64,000 bases of DNA from Candidatus Altiarchaeota archaeon (GCA_043800705.1 JAZDMS010000023.1:32001-96000); one strand, 5' to 3'. Shown: positions 8,566-19,715, counted from the stretch's first letter. The notes: generated by a model from the letters alone, not told the origin. Translations and numbers: made by a program.

Positions 8566-9481
8566 TCCTCACCCATTCCACGGTCTTCCCTATCCCCTCC
8601 TTGAGGGAAGTTTTCGGCCTCCACTTCAGCTCCTTCTTTGCGAGGCCGATGTCGAGGTATATGTTCCTGACCTCTCCGGGGACTGCGGCGGCGTTCTTCG
8701 GTTTCACGTTCGCCCCCGTAGCTTCGATGAGCCTCCTCGTTATCTCGTTGACGGATGTCTCCCTGCCTGACCCGATGTTGTATGCATTCGCATTCCCCTT
8801 CCTTTTCAGGGCTGCGAGGTTCGCCTTTGCGACGTCGCCCACGTAGCAGAAGTCCCGTGTCTGCCTTCCGTCGCCCCATATGACCGGCTGGCGGCCTTCT
8901 GACAGGAGTCCGGTGAATATCGCGACGACTCCCGCCTCTCCGAGGGGGTCCTGCCTTGGGCCGTATACGTTGCCGTATCTGACGATGTTGTGGTCGAGTC
9001 CGTAGAGGTTGCCGTACATCTGGACGTATTTCTCGACCGCGTACTTGGATGCGCCGTAGGGGCACAGGGGGCTTACCGGGTGTTCCTCGTCGCATGGGAG
9101 ATACTTCGGCTCACCGTATATCGCGCCGCCTGATGAGGCGTAGACTAACTTCCCGATCCCGTGTTTCCTGCATGATTCGAGGAGGTTGATGGACCCAAGG
9201 ACGTTGACTGAGGCGTCGTATCCGGGCTCCCTTATGCTCCTTCGGACGTCTATCTGCGCCGCAAGGTGGATGACGCTGTCGGGCTTCTCCTTCCTGAAGA
9301 GCGCGTCCAGCTTCGGGGAGCATAAGTCGACCCTGTGGAATGCGGCGGCTTTGTTGATGTTCCCCCTTTTTCCTGTGGAGAGGTTGTCGGCGACTGCGAC
9401 GTCGAATCCCTCTTCTAACAGCAGGTCCACGGTGTTGGAGCCTATGAATCCCGCACCGCCCGTCACCAGGGCCTTCGTCAC
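8558..9481 (-). CDS. NAD-dependent UDP-sugar 4-epimerase (GalE-like)
   Basis: GGAGFIG, YGASK catalytic motif, NVYGPRQ, QTRDF; GTG start at 9481 coupled to the upstream stop. Confidence 0.9.
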   Translation of the reverse strand: MTKALVTGGAGFIGSNTVDLLLEEGFDVAVADNLSTGKRGNINKAAAFHRVDLCSPKLDALFRKEKPDSVIHLAAQIDVRRSIREPGYDASVNVLGSINLLESCRKHGIGKLVYASSGGAIYGEPKYLPCDEEHPVSPLCPYGASKYAVEKYVQMYGNLYGLDHNIVRYGNVYGPRQDPLGEAGVVAIFTGLLSEGRQPVIWGDGRQTRDFCYVGDVAKANLAALKRKGNANAYNIGSGRETSVNEITRRLIEATGANVKPKNAAAVPGEVRNIYLDIGLAKKELKWRPKTSLKEGIGKTVEWVRNG

Positions 9482-10413
9482 ACTCCGACCTCCTTGAAGT
9501 ACTCTATGGTCCTCTTCAGTCCTTCCTTCAGCTTCACCTTCGGCTCCCATTTGAGGAGTTTTTTCGCGAGCGTGATGTCGGGGCAGCGTTGTTTTGGGTC
9601 GTCCTTCGGCAGGGCCTTGTATGCGATCTTCGACTTCGAACCCGTCAGCTCGAGGACGAGGTCCGCAAGTTCGAGCATGTTGAATTCGCCGGGGTTGCCG
9701 ACGTTGACGGGCTCATGGTAGTCGCTTTTCATGAGCCTCCATATCCCTTCGACCTCGTCTTCGATGTAGCAGAAGCTCCTCGTCTGGCGTCCGTCGCCGA
9801 ACACCGTCAGGTCCTCCCCGCGGAGGGCCTCCGAAATGAATGCCGGCACGACCCTCCCGTCTTTGGCCCTCATCCTCGGGCCGTAGGTGTTGAATATCCG
9901 GACGATCCTCGTGTCGATCCCGTGCGTGCGGTGGTAGGCCATTACGAGGGCCTCGCTGAACCTCTTCGCCTCGTCGTAGACGCTTCTTGGGCCAATGGGG
10001 TTGACGTTGCCCCAGTAGGATTCCGGCTGCGGGTGCACGTGTGGGTCTCCGTAGACCTCCGACGTCGACGCCTGCAGGTATTTCGCCCCTTTGGCCTTCG
10101 CGAGGCCGAGGGTGTTCAGCGTCCCGAGGGAGTCGACCTTCAATGTCTGTATGGGAAGCTGGAGATAGTCTATGGGGCTTGCGGGGCACGCGAAGTGGAG
10201 TATGCAGTCCAACTCGCCTTCGAGGCTGATGTGCCTGCTGACGTCGTGGTTGATGAACAGGAACCTGTCGTTCCCCTCGAGGTGCCGGATGTTCCTCATG
10301 TTGCCTGTGATGAGGTTGTCCATGCAGACGACCTCGAAGCCTTCCGACAACAACCGGTCGCACAGGTGCGAACCGAGGAATCCCGCGCCGCCGGTTACCA
10401 GTGCGCGCTTCAT
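9478..10413 (-). CDS. UDP-glucuronate decarboxylase (UDP-xylose synthase)
   Basis: [47 protein letters not shown]. Confidence 0.92.
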   Translation of the reverse strand: MKRALVTGGAGFLGSHLCDRLLSEGFEVVCMDNLITGNMRNIRHLEGNDRFLFINHDVSRHISLEGELDCILHFACPASPIDYLQLPIQTLKVDSLGTLNTLGLAKAKGAKYLQASTSEVYGDPHVHPQPESYWGNVNPIGPRSVYDEAKRFSEALVMAYHRTHGIDTRIVRIFNTYGPRMRAKDGRVVPAFISEALRGEDLTVFGDGRQTRSFCYIEDEVEGIWRLMKSDYHEPVNVGNPGEFNMLELADLVLELTGSKSKIAYKALPKDDPKQRCPDITLAKKLLKWEPKVKLKEGLKRTIEYFKEVGV

Positions 10414-11288
10414 CTGAACTTCGCCTCGATGGCCTTCAGGTCCAGGCTGGAGAGGTATTCCTTGAGCTTCTGCCCTATCTCGGGGTGTATGGTCCCGTAC
10501 TCTATAGCGGCCTTCATGTACTCGTACTTGTTTCCGAGATCGTACCTGACGCCTTCGAACTCCCAGCCGTACATCGCCTGCTCCCTGTTCAACAGCCTCA
10601 GGCCGTCTGTGAGCTGTATCTCCCCACCGGCGCCCTTCCTAGTCTTCTTGAGCTTCTCGAAGATGTCAGCGGTGAGCACGTATCTGCCGATTATGCCAAG
10701 GTCGCTTGGCGCCTTGTCGGCATCGGGCTTTTCGACGAGGTCCCTTATCCTGTGCAGGCCCCTCACGTTGTCGGCGGGGTCTATGACTCCGTAGCTCGAT
10801 ATCCTCGTCTTCGGGACCTTCTCCACCGCGATGATGGAGCCCTTGTACTCATCGTACATGTCGAAAAGCTGCTTCGTGCACGGAGTCTTAGAAAACACTA
10901 TGTCGTCTCCGAGGAGGACTGCGAAAGCCTCGTCGCCTACGTGTTTTTCCGCCCTAAGGATGGCGTGGCCGAGGCCCAACGCCTCCTTCTGCCTAATGTA
11001 ATGGAGGTCGACCATGTCCGCGATGCCCTCCATCTGCCTCTTTAGGTCCTCCTTGCCGCTCTTCTCCAGGGCCTCCTCCAACTCGTGGCTCCTGTCAAAA
11101 TGGTCCTCGATGGCCCTTTTCCCGCGGCCTGTGATTATCAGTATGTCGTCTATGCCAGATGCGACGCATTCCTCCACGACGAACTGGATGCTGGGTTTGT
11201 CCACAAGCGGCAGCATCTCCTTCGGCTGGCTCTTCGTCGCAGGCAGAAATCGGGTTCCAAGGCCTGCTGCAGGGATTACGGCTTTCAT
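10410..11288 (-). CDS. galU: UTP--glucose-1-phosphate uridylyltransferase
   Basis: [41 protein letters not shown]. Confidence 0.95.
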   Translation of the reverse strand: MKAVIPAAGLGTRFLPATKSQPKEMLPLVDKPSIQFVVEECVASGIDDILIITGRGKRAIEDHFDRSHELEEALEKSGKEDLKRQMEGIADMVDLHYIRQKEALGLGHAILRAEKHVGDEAFAVLLGDDIVFSKTPCTKQLFDMYDEYKGSIIAVEKVPKTRISSYGVIDPADNVRGLHRIRDLVEKPDADKAPSDLGIIGRYVLTADIFEKLKKTRKGAGGEIQLTDGLRLLNREQAMYGWEFEGVRYDLGNKYEYMKAAIEYGTIHPEIGQKLKEYLSSLDLKAIEAKFR

Positions 11289-11424
11289 GGGGATAACATA
11301 TACCCCCCCACTTTTTAAATACTCCACTGCCTTGGCGGATTCCGAAACAGGGTCCAGGACCGCCCCCATGGGTTACCGCAGGGAAACCGACGCGGATTAT
11401 AATATGTTACTCCAAGTTACTAAC

Positions 11425-12000
11425 ATGGGTGTCGTAATGGTCGGGATAGACTTCGACGGGACCATCTGCGACACCGGCTTTCTGAAGCGCGAATACGTCC
11501 TGGAAAAGAAGGGCATCAGTATAGAATCCTGGGAGGCCAACAGGACAGTCCTGACGGAGGATAGAAAGATCCTCACCGAAGCGGAATACGACCTGATGAT
11601 CCAGGAGGTCTGCAGCAGGGAATGCACCCTATCCGCAGGACCAGTCGACGGCGCCAAGGAATCCATCACGCTGCTTTCCAAAGACTACTCCCTCTACGTC
11701 GTAACGGAAAGAAGCGGCCCGATGCTATCCGCAGCCGTCGAATGGATGCATAAAAACGGCATGTCCGGCTTCGTTAGCGGATACGTTTCCTCAAAGATGC
11801 AGAATGCATCAAAGGTCGAACTTTGCCGGCAGATGTGCATAAGCCACCTCATCGAAGATGACCCCGGCCACTTCCGCAAAAGCGACGACTCCGTGACGGG
11901 GATACTCCTGAAAGGCGGGGGGGAGGAAATCAGCCCCGACCCTTCCCTGAGGCATGCCAAGGACTGGAACGAGGCTGTAGGGCATTTGCTGCGGGAATAG
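11425..12000 (+). CDS. HAD-superfamily phosphatase (5'(3')-deoxyribonucleotidase-like)
   Basis: Motif I IDFDGT, motif II VVT, motif III/IV K...LIEDD. Confidence 0.75.
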   Translation: MGVVMVGIDFDGTICDTGFLKREYVLEKKGISIESWEANRTVLTEDRKILTEAEYDLMIQEVCSRECTLSAGPVDGAKESITLLSKDYSLYVVTERSGPMLSAAVEWMHKNGMSGFVSGYVSSKMQNASKVELCRQMCISHLIEDDPGHFRKSDDSVTGILLKGGGEEISPDPSLRHAKDWNEAVGHLLRE

Positions 12001-12098
12001 ACCCCCCGATCCGGTACCTCCAGTTCATGTTCCGCAATCCTCCTCACCTATTTATTCACATACCTCAGAGATGTTTATGGAGATAACATACGTCTGCA

Positions 12099-15000
12099 AT
12101 GCCATCCAATGCTGAGAAGACCATCCAGAGTAGGCAGAATGCGGAAATGCTCGAAAGAAGCTTAGCCGATCTGTCCCAAGAGCTGATGCAGAAGGGATAC
12201 TTCGACAACCTAAAGGTCAGGGTGCCTGCGAGGGAGTTTTTCAGGAAATACGGTCGTCCTGAGACATATGGCCGTGTGGCCGAGGACCTCAGGGAGAACG
12301 GAATCGACATAGAGTCCGCGGAAGTGAACTTCCTTGACACGATAGCGCCGATCCTCAAGCCCGGGGAATTCGAGTCCCTGAGCAAGTCGAAGCGTGTGAC
12401 GCATGCGATCAACGTCTACCGCCCTGGGGAACAGGCTCCATGCAGGCAGTACTATACCAAGATACCCAATACCGCGGAAGAGCCACAACGGAGCCTGATA
12501 GCGATGGATGCAGGCCTTGGGCCGAAGGTCCTCCTTGCCGAATCCATCCCCTTCGGGGGGGACGAGGACAAGCCGGCTGGCATGATAATAGAGGAGCGGA
12601 TGGAGCGGGGCGGCAGCCTCATGGACCGGGGCAGATACCTCGACCAGGGGCTAATGGATGAGCAAAGACAGTCCCTATTCGGGAAATCAGAGGTCGAGAT
12701 ACTTGGCGAGAGGCTCGCGGAAAAGGTCGACACGATGGTGAATGTAGGCCTGCTCTACGATTTCTCCCACAACCCGGACACTCACATCAGATTGAAGGGC
12801 AGGGGGGCCAAAATGGACCTCGTGTTGTTGGATTGGAGCAACTCCCGCAAGATAGACGTCTCCACGATGGACTACGAGACAGCCAAGGAGATGCTGGCAT
12901 CCCAGATAAAATATCTCATCCGACTATTCCACACGAAGCCTCCGCACTCGAAAAACCACCTGGCTCTTAGGGCGTTCGACAGGAGGCTGAGGGAGCTTGG
13001 AAACCAGACCACAGGCACTGTCAGGCTGGGCGGCCAGACCGCCTCAATAAAGAAGACGCTATACGACGAGGCGCTCGATCGGACCCGGGCCATGCTCGTG
13101 ACAGGAACCGACGTCAGCCACAGGACGCACATGCGAAGGCTTTACGATTATGCCGAAGGTAAGCTCACGCCAGACAAGACGGATTATACGGAGCGGGAGG
13201 CCGCGATACACGACAAGACCCAGCTCATATACCAGAGGCTCGAGGAGTCTGGCGTCCCGTGGGTGCGGGACGAGTCCATGGCACGGGCCATAGCGCAGAA
13301 CATCCTGGACCGCACGAACCTCGACGAGTTCAGGGCATATGACTTCAAAACATACCATAGCCAGTCAAACCAGCAGGTATACCTCAAGGTTCACTCGAGG
13401 GAGAAGGAATGGCTCACGGACCCGCCACTCGGATTGCAAAGCTGGGGCGAATATGCCCACCGCAGGGGGGGCCTCCAATACCGCATGAGGGTATGCAAAA
13501 GCGAACGGGAGGCCGAGAACCTCACGTTCGCAGGTGCGCAGGGCCTCAGCCCATGCATTATGCGGATCGAAAAGGACGAGAAGAGGGTGCTTGCTGAGGT
13601 ATTGGACCATGACACGAGCATCGACCTATGCGGGCCCCTGCTGAGCCGCGTCGAATCCGCAAAAGTCGGAACACGGTTGGCGATGAAGCTGGCGATGATG
13701 ACGCGCGAGGGGGAACGCCTCCCCTACTGCCCCAGGGACTACCCGAAACAATTACTACTGCCAATAGACCAACGGGGAATCGACGTCCTGTTCGCGCCCT
13801 GGGTCAAGACTAGCGATTCCTCGGATCCGAAATGGCATGACCAGGTTGTCGGCCATATCCGGGGCATAGCATCCGTTTGCAGGCAGAATATCGCCCACGG
13901 GGACATAGCGTGGAAGAGGTTCGAGACATGCCTGAGGGAGGAAGCCCCCATCGAGGCCCCCCGGATGGATTTTTTCTCAAATGCCATCGACCAAGCAAAG
14001 CAATCCCTCACCTCAGGCGGCCAGGAAAATGACGAATGGGCGGCCTTCTTCGAAAAGGCGAAGACCGCCACATATCTGAAGCCCAAAAGGAGAAAGCAGC
14101 AGACGACCTGGATAGAGCTTCTGGAACGGGACAACCTGTCAAGATGCGTCCCGACAACGTACTCGACGGCGACATTGAAGAAGGCCAAGGGGTTGGACAA
14201 GCTCATAACCCTGGCGGTAGAGCACCTGGTCAAATCCGGCAAAGTCGACGACGTGCAGGCCGACGCATCCCATGTGCACGTGTTCATACCGGATGAAAGG
14301 GATGCCGAGCTCAGGGTCAAGCTGGGGCTTGAAGACCTACGGGCGGGATACATAGTCTTCGACCTCTATCAGGTCTCCCGCAGGAAGTCCACCCGCCCGT
14401 TCAAGGCGGCGGCATTCCGCTTCTCCTCGAAGACAGTTCTGGGCGAAGTGGGATATTTTCAGACGATGGCCGACTTCAGGGCAGAGCATCGGGACCTCGT
14501 CGATCCTCCTGCGCTCAGGGGATACATCGTGGACGGGACGACGAGGCGGATCGGGGGCGAGTCGGTGGGGGTATGGTGGGACAGGACATACTTCGGTCAG
14601 ATGCCAGCGTCGATGGCGGTCAAGAGAGTAGCCGACCTCCAAGCCGACGATGCCAACCACCTGAAGAGGGAATTGGAGATGGAGCGCGCATGGATGAGGT
14701 TCCTGACGATCACCAGGGACTCGTACACCAACTGGCACACCATCATATCCCGGTGCAAGAAGGCCGTGGATGACCAGAACCCAGGCGCGGAGCCGGGAAT
14801 AACCGAGGCCCAGTACAACCTTGTCGTGGGTTTGGAGAGGGATACCCGGAAGAACCGCCCGTTCGGCCTCACCGCCATAGCGGACCCCAACTGCGAGCGG
14901 ATAGTGGACTTCTCGCCTCAGGAGCCGGGCCCGGGGTTCGGGTTCTACAAGCAGTACGGACTTGAGGAGCTATTGGACAAGACAATCGAAAACTGCAATC

Positions 15001-16763
15001 CAGACTTCACAACTAACATCAAGAAGATGCTTCGCGCCCAGGAAGTCATGGACAAGGTCAGGGCAGCTGAGATCGAGGCGGGAAAACCCCTCGATGACCG
15101 GGCCGTGGAAGAGATCGCGAAGCAGGTGAACGAGCCGCAGCTTGCCGGGAATAAGCCGAGCGATTACATAACGAACGTCGTCTTCATGCAAAACGGCAGC
15201 AACTACGTTGTCGAGATGGAGGTGATGCTGAAGGACGGGCAGAAGCGGAAGCTGATAGTCAAACACACGGACATATTGGCGGAAGCCTACATGTCCATCC
15301 TCGGAGCCCACTGCGGCATCCGCACGCCATTCGTCAGGCAATGCGACCAGAACTACGGACTGCAGTCCATCTGTCCCGGTACCAGGTTCGCAGACCTAAC
15401 TCCGGAGACGGTCCAAACCTACGCGCAGGACATCTACCACATTCTCGGCCACAATTTTGGGGTAAGCGGCATATTCGGCGACGGCCACGATAAAAACACC
15501 TTCCTCGTCACCGGCGATATTGCTGCGAACTGGAGGGGATACAGGATAGACACCGAACACAGGACATGCTGCTTCGACATCGGCGAAGCCGGATACCTAT
15601 ACGAGGCCAACAACGCGGAGAATACCCTGAAAGGCCTGTGGATGGACCCTCTGCAGAGGTTCAAACACTGGCCGTTCTTCCAGGACGGGATCCTTTCACT
15701 GTCGACAATCCTCCACAGCAACGGCGGCATGCAGAAGGCCCTGGAAGTCCTTGAGGAGATGAGGAAGGACCCGCGTATCATGATCCCCGAGGGCACGCCG
15801 GAGGCCGACCTGCAAAAGACGAAGCGGCACCAATACCAGCCGGAGGAGATAGACGAATACAAAAGGAGGCTTCAGCTCACGCCGGACCAGCTGGAAGGTA
15901 GGTTCAACCGGGTCGCGGTAGCGGTCGAGGACATACAGATGGCAAGCTATCCGGACCAGAAAAACCTCCTACCAAGGCACCACCTGATCCACATCAACAC
16001 CCTACTGGAACAGATCCTTCCGGAAAACGGGCAGATCAAGCCCGAGGAGATCCTCTCGACGAGCAACAAGCGGACCAACTCCATCAAGGCATACCTCCTT
16101 GGGATGACCTATGCGGTAGAGACGCTCCTCGGGGATGTCGATGTCACATACGAGGGCGAGATAGGGTCACTAAGCCCCGGCGTCCGTGCGGCAGTCAGAC
16201 GACTGTCCATGTTCGGTCTTCCTGAAAAGATGCAGAAGAACCGAGCAGAGAACTGGGTAAAACAATACGTGATCAGCCGGGAACTGATGGACAAGGCGGC
16301 AGAGGAGAGGAGTCAGGACACGACTCCCGCCAGGGGAAGGATAATGGCGCAGATAAAGAAAATGACTGGGGAGCGGGCGTCGCTGTGGGAGGTGAACGAC
16401 ATGATCGGGGCATATGCCGGATCCAGGTCCGCTGGCGAGAACGACCTTCGTGACTTCATCGACGGCGCCAACCTCGTCATGGGATGGGTCAGGGAGAGCG
16501 TAAACAGCGTCGCGAAGAACGCCCGCCGTGTCGGCATAGACGACGCCAATGCGATGAGGGAGAGGATAAAGGAGCCGGTAGAGGATAACCTGAGGGAGGC
16601 GCTCGAATTCATGCGCGAAAACGCCCTCGACTTCAGGCGTGTGCACCCATACGAGCAGCTCGTGTTCAAACCCGCCGGATATTACCTGCTCAAATGCTCC
16701 TCGGCCGAAAGGGCTGAGGTCGCTCCCTACATGAGGGAGCTGAAGGAGGTGTGCAGGCGATGA
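12099..16763 (+). CDS. Large hypothetical protein (1554 aa) with up to three kinase-like domains
   Basis: Long ORF with host-like codon usage; motifs YYTK..GLGPKV..LVLLDW, a degenerate repeat GLSPCI, and LIVK..E..GDGHDKNTFL..YRIDTE. Confidence 0.7.
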   Translation: MPSNAEKTIQSRQNAEMLERSLADLSQELMQKGYFDNLKVRVPAREFFRKYGRPETYGRVAEDLRENGIDIESAEVNFLDTIAPILKPGEFESLSKSKRVTHAINVYRPGEQAPCRQYYTKIPNTAEEPQRSLIAMDAGLGPKVLLAESIPFGGDEDKPAGMIIEERMERGGSLMDRGRYLDQGLMDEQRQSLFGKSEVEILGERLAEKVDTMVNVGLLYDFSHNPDTHIRLKGRGAKMDLVLLDWSNSRKIDVSTMDYETAKEMLASQIKYLIRLFHTKPPHSKNHLALRAFDRRLRELGNQTTGTVRLGGQTASIKKTLYDEALDRTRAMLVTGTDVSHRTHMRRLYDYAEGKLTPDKTDYTEREAAIHDKTQLIYQRLEESGVPWVRDESMARAIAQNILDRTNLDEFRAYDFKTYHSQSNQQVYLKVHSREKEWLTDPPLGLQSWGEYAHRRGGLQYRMRVCKSEREAENLTFAGAQGLSPCIMRIEKDEKRVLAEVLDHDTSIDLCGPLLSRVESAKVGTRLAMKLAMMTREGERLPYCPRDYPKQLLLPIDQRGIDVLFAPWVKTSDSSDPKWHDQVVGHIRGIASVCRQNIAHGDIAWKRFETCLREEAPIEAPRMDFFSNAIDQAKQSLTSGGQENDEWAAFFEKAKTATYLKPKRRKQQTTWIELLERDNLSRCVPTTYSTATLKKAKGLDKLITLAVEHLVKSGKVDDVQADASHVHVFIPDERDAELRVKLGLEDLRAGYIVFDLYQVSRRKSTRPFKAAAFRFSSKTVLGEVGYFQTMADFRAEHRDLVDPPALRGYIVDGTTRRIGGESVGVWWDRTYFGQMPASMAVKRVADLQADDANHLKRELEMERAWMRFLTITRDSYTNWHTIISRCKKAVDDQNPGAEPGITEAQYNLVVGLERDTRKNRPFGLTAIADPNCERIVDFSPQEPGPGFGFYKQYGLEELLDKTIENCNPDFTTNIKKMLRAQEVMDKVRAAEIEAGKPLDDRAVEEIAKQVNEPQLAGNKPSDYITNVVFMQNGSNYVVEMEVMLKDGQKRKLIVKHTDILAEAYMSILGAHCGIRTPFVRQCDQNYGLQSICPGTRFADLTPETVQTYAQDIYHILGHNFGVSGIFGDGHDKNTFLVTGDIAANWRGYRIDTEHRTCCFDIGEAGYLYEANNAENTLKGLWMDPLQRFKHWPFFQDGILSLSTILHSNGGMQKALEVLEEMRKDPRIMIPEGTPEADLQKTKRHQYQPEEIDEYKRRLQLTPDQLEGRFNRVAVAVEDIQMASYPDQKNLLPRHHLIHINTLLEQILPENGQIKPEEILSTSNKRTNSIKAYLLGMTYAVETLLGDVDVTYEGEIGSLSPGVRAAVRRLSMFGLPEKMQKNRAENWVKQYVISRELMDKAAEERSQDTTPARGRIMAQIKKMTGERASLWEVNDMIGAYAGSRSAGENDLRDFIDGANLVMGWVRESVNSVAKNARRVGIDDANAMRERIKEPVEDNLREALEFMRENALDFRRVHPYEQLVFKPAGYYLLKCSSAERAEVAPYMRELKEVCRR

Positions 16764-17125
16764 ACCGCCAGGCGGAAAAGCCGGAAGAAGCGCTGAAGAT
16801 CGCCGAAAAGATGATAAAGGACGCGTCAGAGGCAATATCATCGGCGGACACGGACGGCCCCTCGGACTACGTCCTTGTGGAATTCGCATATGAGAAGAAA
16901 AAGCCGCAATTCGATGAGGCCGTACAGAGAGCCCTCGAGGGAACGAGCATCCTCAGGAACATGAGGCACGGCAACCACAGCTTCGGCATAGTCGAGCTAT
17001 CGGACGGGAAATCCCCCGAAGTACTATCCTCCTTTCTGAGGTCAATCATGGAGTCCCACCGGCGGGTCTACGTCTTTGTGGGTGATGACAGCCTTTTGTT
17101 CACGGAGGGAGCATCATTAGATTAG
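16760..17125 (+). CDS. Hypothetical protein coupled to the kinase-like gene
   Basis: ATGA overlap at 16760-16763 preceded by GGAGGTG. Confidence 0.6.
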   Translation: MNRQAEKPEEALKIAEKMIKDASEAISSADTDGPSDYVLVEFAYEKKKPQFDEAVQRALEGTSILRNMRHGNHSFGIVELSDGKSPEVLSSFLRSIMESHRRVYVFVGDDSLLFTEGASLD

Positions 17126-17149
17126 GCCCGAACGCGCACTGCGCCCAGC

Positions 17150-18439
17150 TCACCAGCAGAGTCCCTCGTATTCCACGCCCTTAGGCAGGAGATCCCTGTT
17201 TACGATGTGCCGTGAGTCGAAGACCCTCTTATGCCTCATGTTCGACACGTCCAGGGTCTTGAACTCGTCCCACTCGGTCATGACGACGGCCAGGTCGGCG
17301 TCCTTCAACGCCTCCTTCATAGAATGGCAGTAATGTATCCCAGCCCCAAAGACCTTCCTCGCGTTCTCGGCGGCCTTGGGGTCGTATGCCGCGACCTTCG
17401 CGCCCTCCCCCAGGAGGCTTTCGACTATCGGTATCGCCGGGCTTTCGCGCATGTCGTCGGTGTTCGCCTTGAAGGCGAGGCCGAGGACCGCGACCTTCGC
17501 GCCCTTGAGCCTATACCTCTCCCTGAGCATGTCCATCATGACCTTCGGCTGCAGCTCGTTGACTTTGAGGACGCTGTCCAGGAGGATGGTCTCCACGCCC
17601 ACGTCGCAGGCCTTGTGGACGAGTGCCTTCACGTCCTTGGGGAAGCAGCTGCCCCCGAAGCCGGGGCCTGCAGAGATGAAATGGGGGCCGATGCGGTGGT
17701 CGAGGCCTATTCCCCTGGAGACGTCGTATACGTCGACTCCGAGCTTTTTGCAGATGTTGCCGACTTCGTTGATGAACGAGATCTTCGTTGCTAGCATGCT
17801 GTTGGCGGTGTATTTTATCATCTCCGCGGTCTTCAGGTTGACTCTCAGCACCGGCGCCTTGAACTTGTAGTAGAGCCCTTCGACCGCGTCGCCGGATTTC
17901 TCGTCGATGGAGCCGATGACTATCCTGTCGGGGTTCATGAAGTCCTCGATGGCGACTCCCTCCCTCAGGAATTCGGGGTTCATGACGACCCCGAAGTCTT
18001 TGCCCGCCTTTTTTCCGGATTCCTTCTCGAGTGCGGGGATGACGTGGTCCTCAGTGGACCCGGGTATGATGGTGCTTTTCACGACTACCACATGGTAGTC
18101 TTTTTTCTTTTTGAGTATTTTCCCGAGCTGGGCGCTCACTTCCTTGACATATCTCAGGTTGATGCTGCCGTCGTCGTCGGACGGGGTTCCGACGCAGATG
18201 AACGTGATGTCAGTCTTCAGGACGCTCCCCTCAAGGTCCAACGTGGCCTTCAGGGATCCGGGGACGACGTGGTCGAGTATCTCCTTCAGCCCCTTCTCGT
18301 ATATGGGCGGCTTCTTGGTGTTTATCATGTCGACTTTGTCCTTGTCTATGTCGACGCACAGGACCTCGTAGCCCTTTTCTGCGAAGCCAGCAGCGGTTAT
18401 AAGGCCCACGTAGCCGGAACCCACGACCGATATCCTCAT
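17150..18439 (-). CDS. ugd: UDP-glucose 6-dehydrogenase
   Basis: GSGYVG, CVGTP, KST, NPEFLREG, GFGGSCFPKD, DDMRESP. Confidence 0.95.
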   Translation of the reverse strand: MRISVVGSGYVGLITAAGFAEKGYEVLCVDIDKDKVDMINTKKPPIYEKGLKEILDHVVPGSLKATLDLEGSVLKTDITFICVGTPSDDDGSINLRYVKEVSAQLGKILKKKKDYHVVVVKSTIIPGSTEDHVIPALEKESGKKAGKDFGVVMNPEFLREGVAIEDFMNPDRIVIGSIDEKSGDAVEGLYYKFKAPVLRVNLKTAEMIKYTANSMLATKISFINEVGNICKKLGVDVYDVSRGIGLDHRIGPHFISAGPGFGGSCFPKDVKALVHKACDVGVETILLDSVLKVNELQPKVMMDMLRERYRLKGAKVAVLGLAFKANTDDMRESPAIPIVESLLGEGAKVAAYDPKAAENARKVFGAGIHYCHSMKEALKDADLAVVMTEWDEFKTLDVSNMRHKRVFDSRHIVNRDLLPKGVEYEGLCW

Positions 18440-18507
18440 GGAGTAGACTATTGGGTGAAAGGTTAAAAACGTGGTTTTTTTAGTACAGAAACGGATATCC
18501 TAAGGCC

Positions 18508-18960
18508 ATGACAAAGATTGACGATGTCGATTTGAGGCTTCTTAAGGAGCTGCAGAAGGACGGCAGAAAGAGCTTCCGCGAGATTGCGGAAAAGCTCGAC
18601 GTGGCCGAAGGCACGGTCTACAACCGCGTCAACAAACTCAAGGAGGAGGGCGTCATAAAGAACTTCATAGTCGACATCGACTATTCCAAGCTCGGATACG
18701 ACCTCACGACCGTGATAGGGGTGAGGGTCAGGGGCGGGCATCTGCCGGAGATAGAGGAGAAGATCGCGAAGGAGAAGTGCGTCACCGCAGTCTACGACAT
18801 CACAGGCGAATACGACGCCATCGTTGTCGCGAAGTTCCCCGGCCGCGACGAGCTCAACAAGCTCGTGAAGAAGATCAACTCCATCGACAACGTGGAGCGG
18901 ACCTATACGATGGTCGTCCTCAACGTGCTGAAAGAGCAGCACGGCGTCGAACTCAACTGA
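18508..18960 (+). CDS. Lrp/AsnC family transcriptional regulator
   Basis: IDDVDLRLLKELQKDGRKSFREIAEKL HTH; ITGEYD RAM domain. Confidence 0.95.
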   Translation: MTKIDDVDLRLLKELQKDGRKSFREIAEKLDVAEGTVYNRVNKLKEEGVIKNFIVDIDYSKLGYDLTTVIGVRVRGGHLPEIEEKIAKEKCVTAVYDITGEYDAIVVAKFPGRDELNKLVKKINSIDNVERTYTMVVLNVLKEQHGVELN

Positions 18961-19011
18961 ACCTCATGGACTTCCGGGCTAGTTCTTATTGACGCAGATA
19001 TATTGGTTAAC

Positions 19012-19380
19012 ATGGCTTCTTACGGGGCGCTGCCCCTCAAATGGGGGCTGGCATTGGGCCTTCTGGTGTTGTTGGCGGTTTTAGCCTACCAGTCATTCTA
19101 TAAGGATGACAACCCTCATCCCTGCACTTTGGACTCCGACTGCATGATGACGCGTTTCAACTGCAAAAGCAGGACGGAGAACTATTTGGAGACGAGGATA
19201 GTCTACAGCAACGGCTTCTCGAATCCGGTCTGCAAATGCATCCAGCGCGAATGCCTTACGTTATCGTTGGACAAGGAAGGGAAATACGGGGTACGTGTGG
19301 ATAAGGGCCATATGGAGTATGTCGAGGCGGGGCGGCTTCAGTCCGTCATGAACAGGACAGTGATGGATCTGAACAGGTGA
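19012..19380 (+). CDS. Small membrane-anchored Cys-rich hypothetical protein
   Basis: N-terminal TM, CTLDSDC and CKCIQREC motifs. Confidence 0.6.
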   Translation: MASYGALPLKWGLALGLLVLLAVLAYQSFYKDDNPHPCTLDSDCMMTRFNCKSRTENYLETRIVYSNGFSNPVCKCIQRECLTLSLDKEGKYGVRVDKGHMEYVEAGRLQSVMNRTVMDLNR

Positions 19381-19481
19381 CTCATCACGCGCTGGCGGAT
19401 TCCCAAAACGAATCTAGTCGGGCGAATTACTACTTTTGACTAGACTCCTTTTTATCCCACCTTTATCCTGTCCTTTTTAGG

Positions 19482-19715
19482 ATGGTCGAGACGTTCGCGA
19501 CTTCGCAGTACGAGGAGAAGTTTTTTGGGAACCTCACGCTCGCCCAGAGCCTGATGATGCTGGCTCTGTCAGTCCCCGGGGTCTTCATGGCTGCCAAAGG
19601 ATTCTCCGCCCCCATCATACTCGGCTACGGCGGATTCTGCGTCGTTGCATATGCGAGGCTGATTACCTTCGGCGAGGACCGAAGACGCAAGTCTTTCTAT
19701 TGGCCAGTGGGTTAG
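19482..19715 (+). pseudogene. Truncated duplicate of the 5' end of the PrgI-VirB4 gene
   Basis: 19482-19654 matches 22498-22670 with 9 mismatches in 173 nt (counted by eye), then diverges and stops. Confidence 0.85.

Noticed and set aside
11283-12090. Short similarity TTTCATGGGGATAACATA versus TTTATGGAGATAACATA as another gene-end scar (galU start)
   Set aside because: Too short and gapped to exceed chance; it overlaps the likely promoter of the 12099 gene
19335-19390. Second box C/D sRNA on the minus strand (GUGAUGA...CUGA)
   Set aside because: No credible C' box, imperfect D', and it lies mostly antisense to a CDS
11333-19403. Shared 11-mer TGGCGGATTCC at two island edges
   Set aside because: Many 11-mer matches are expected by chance in 64 kb
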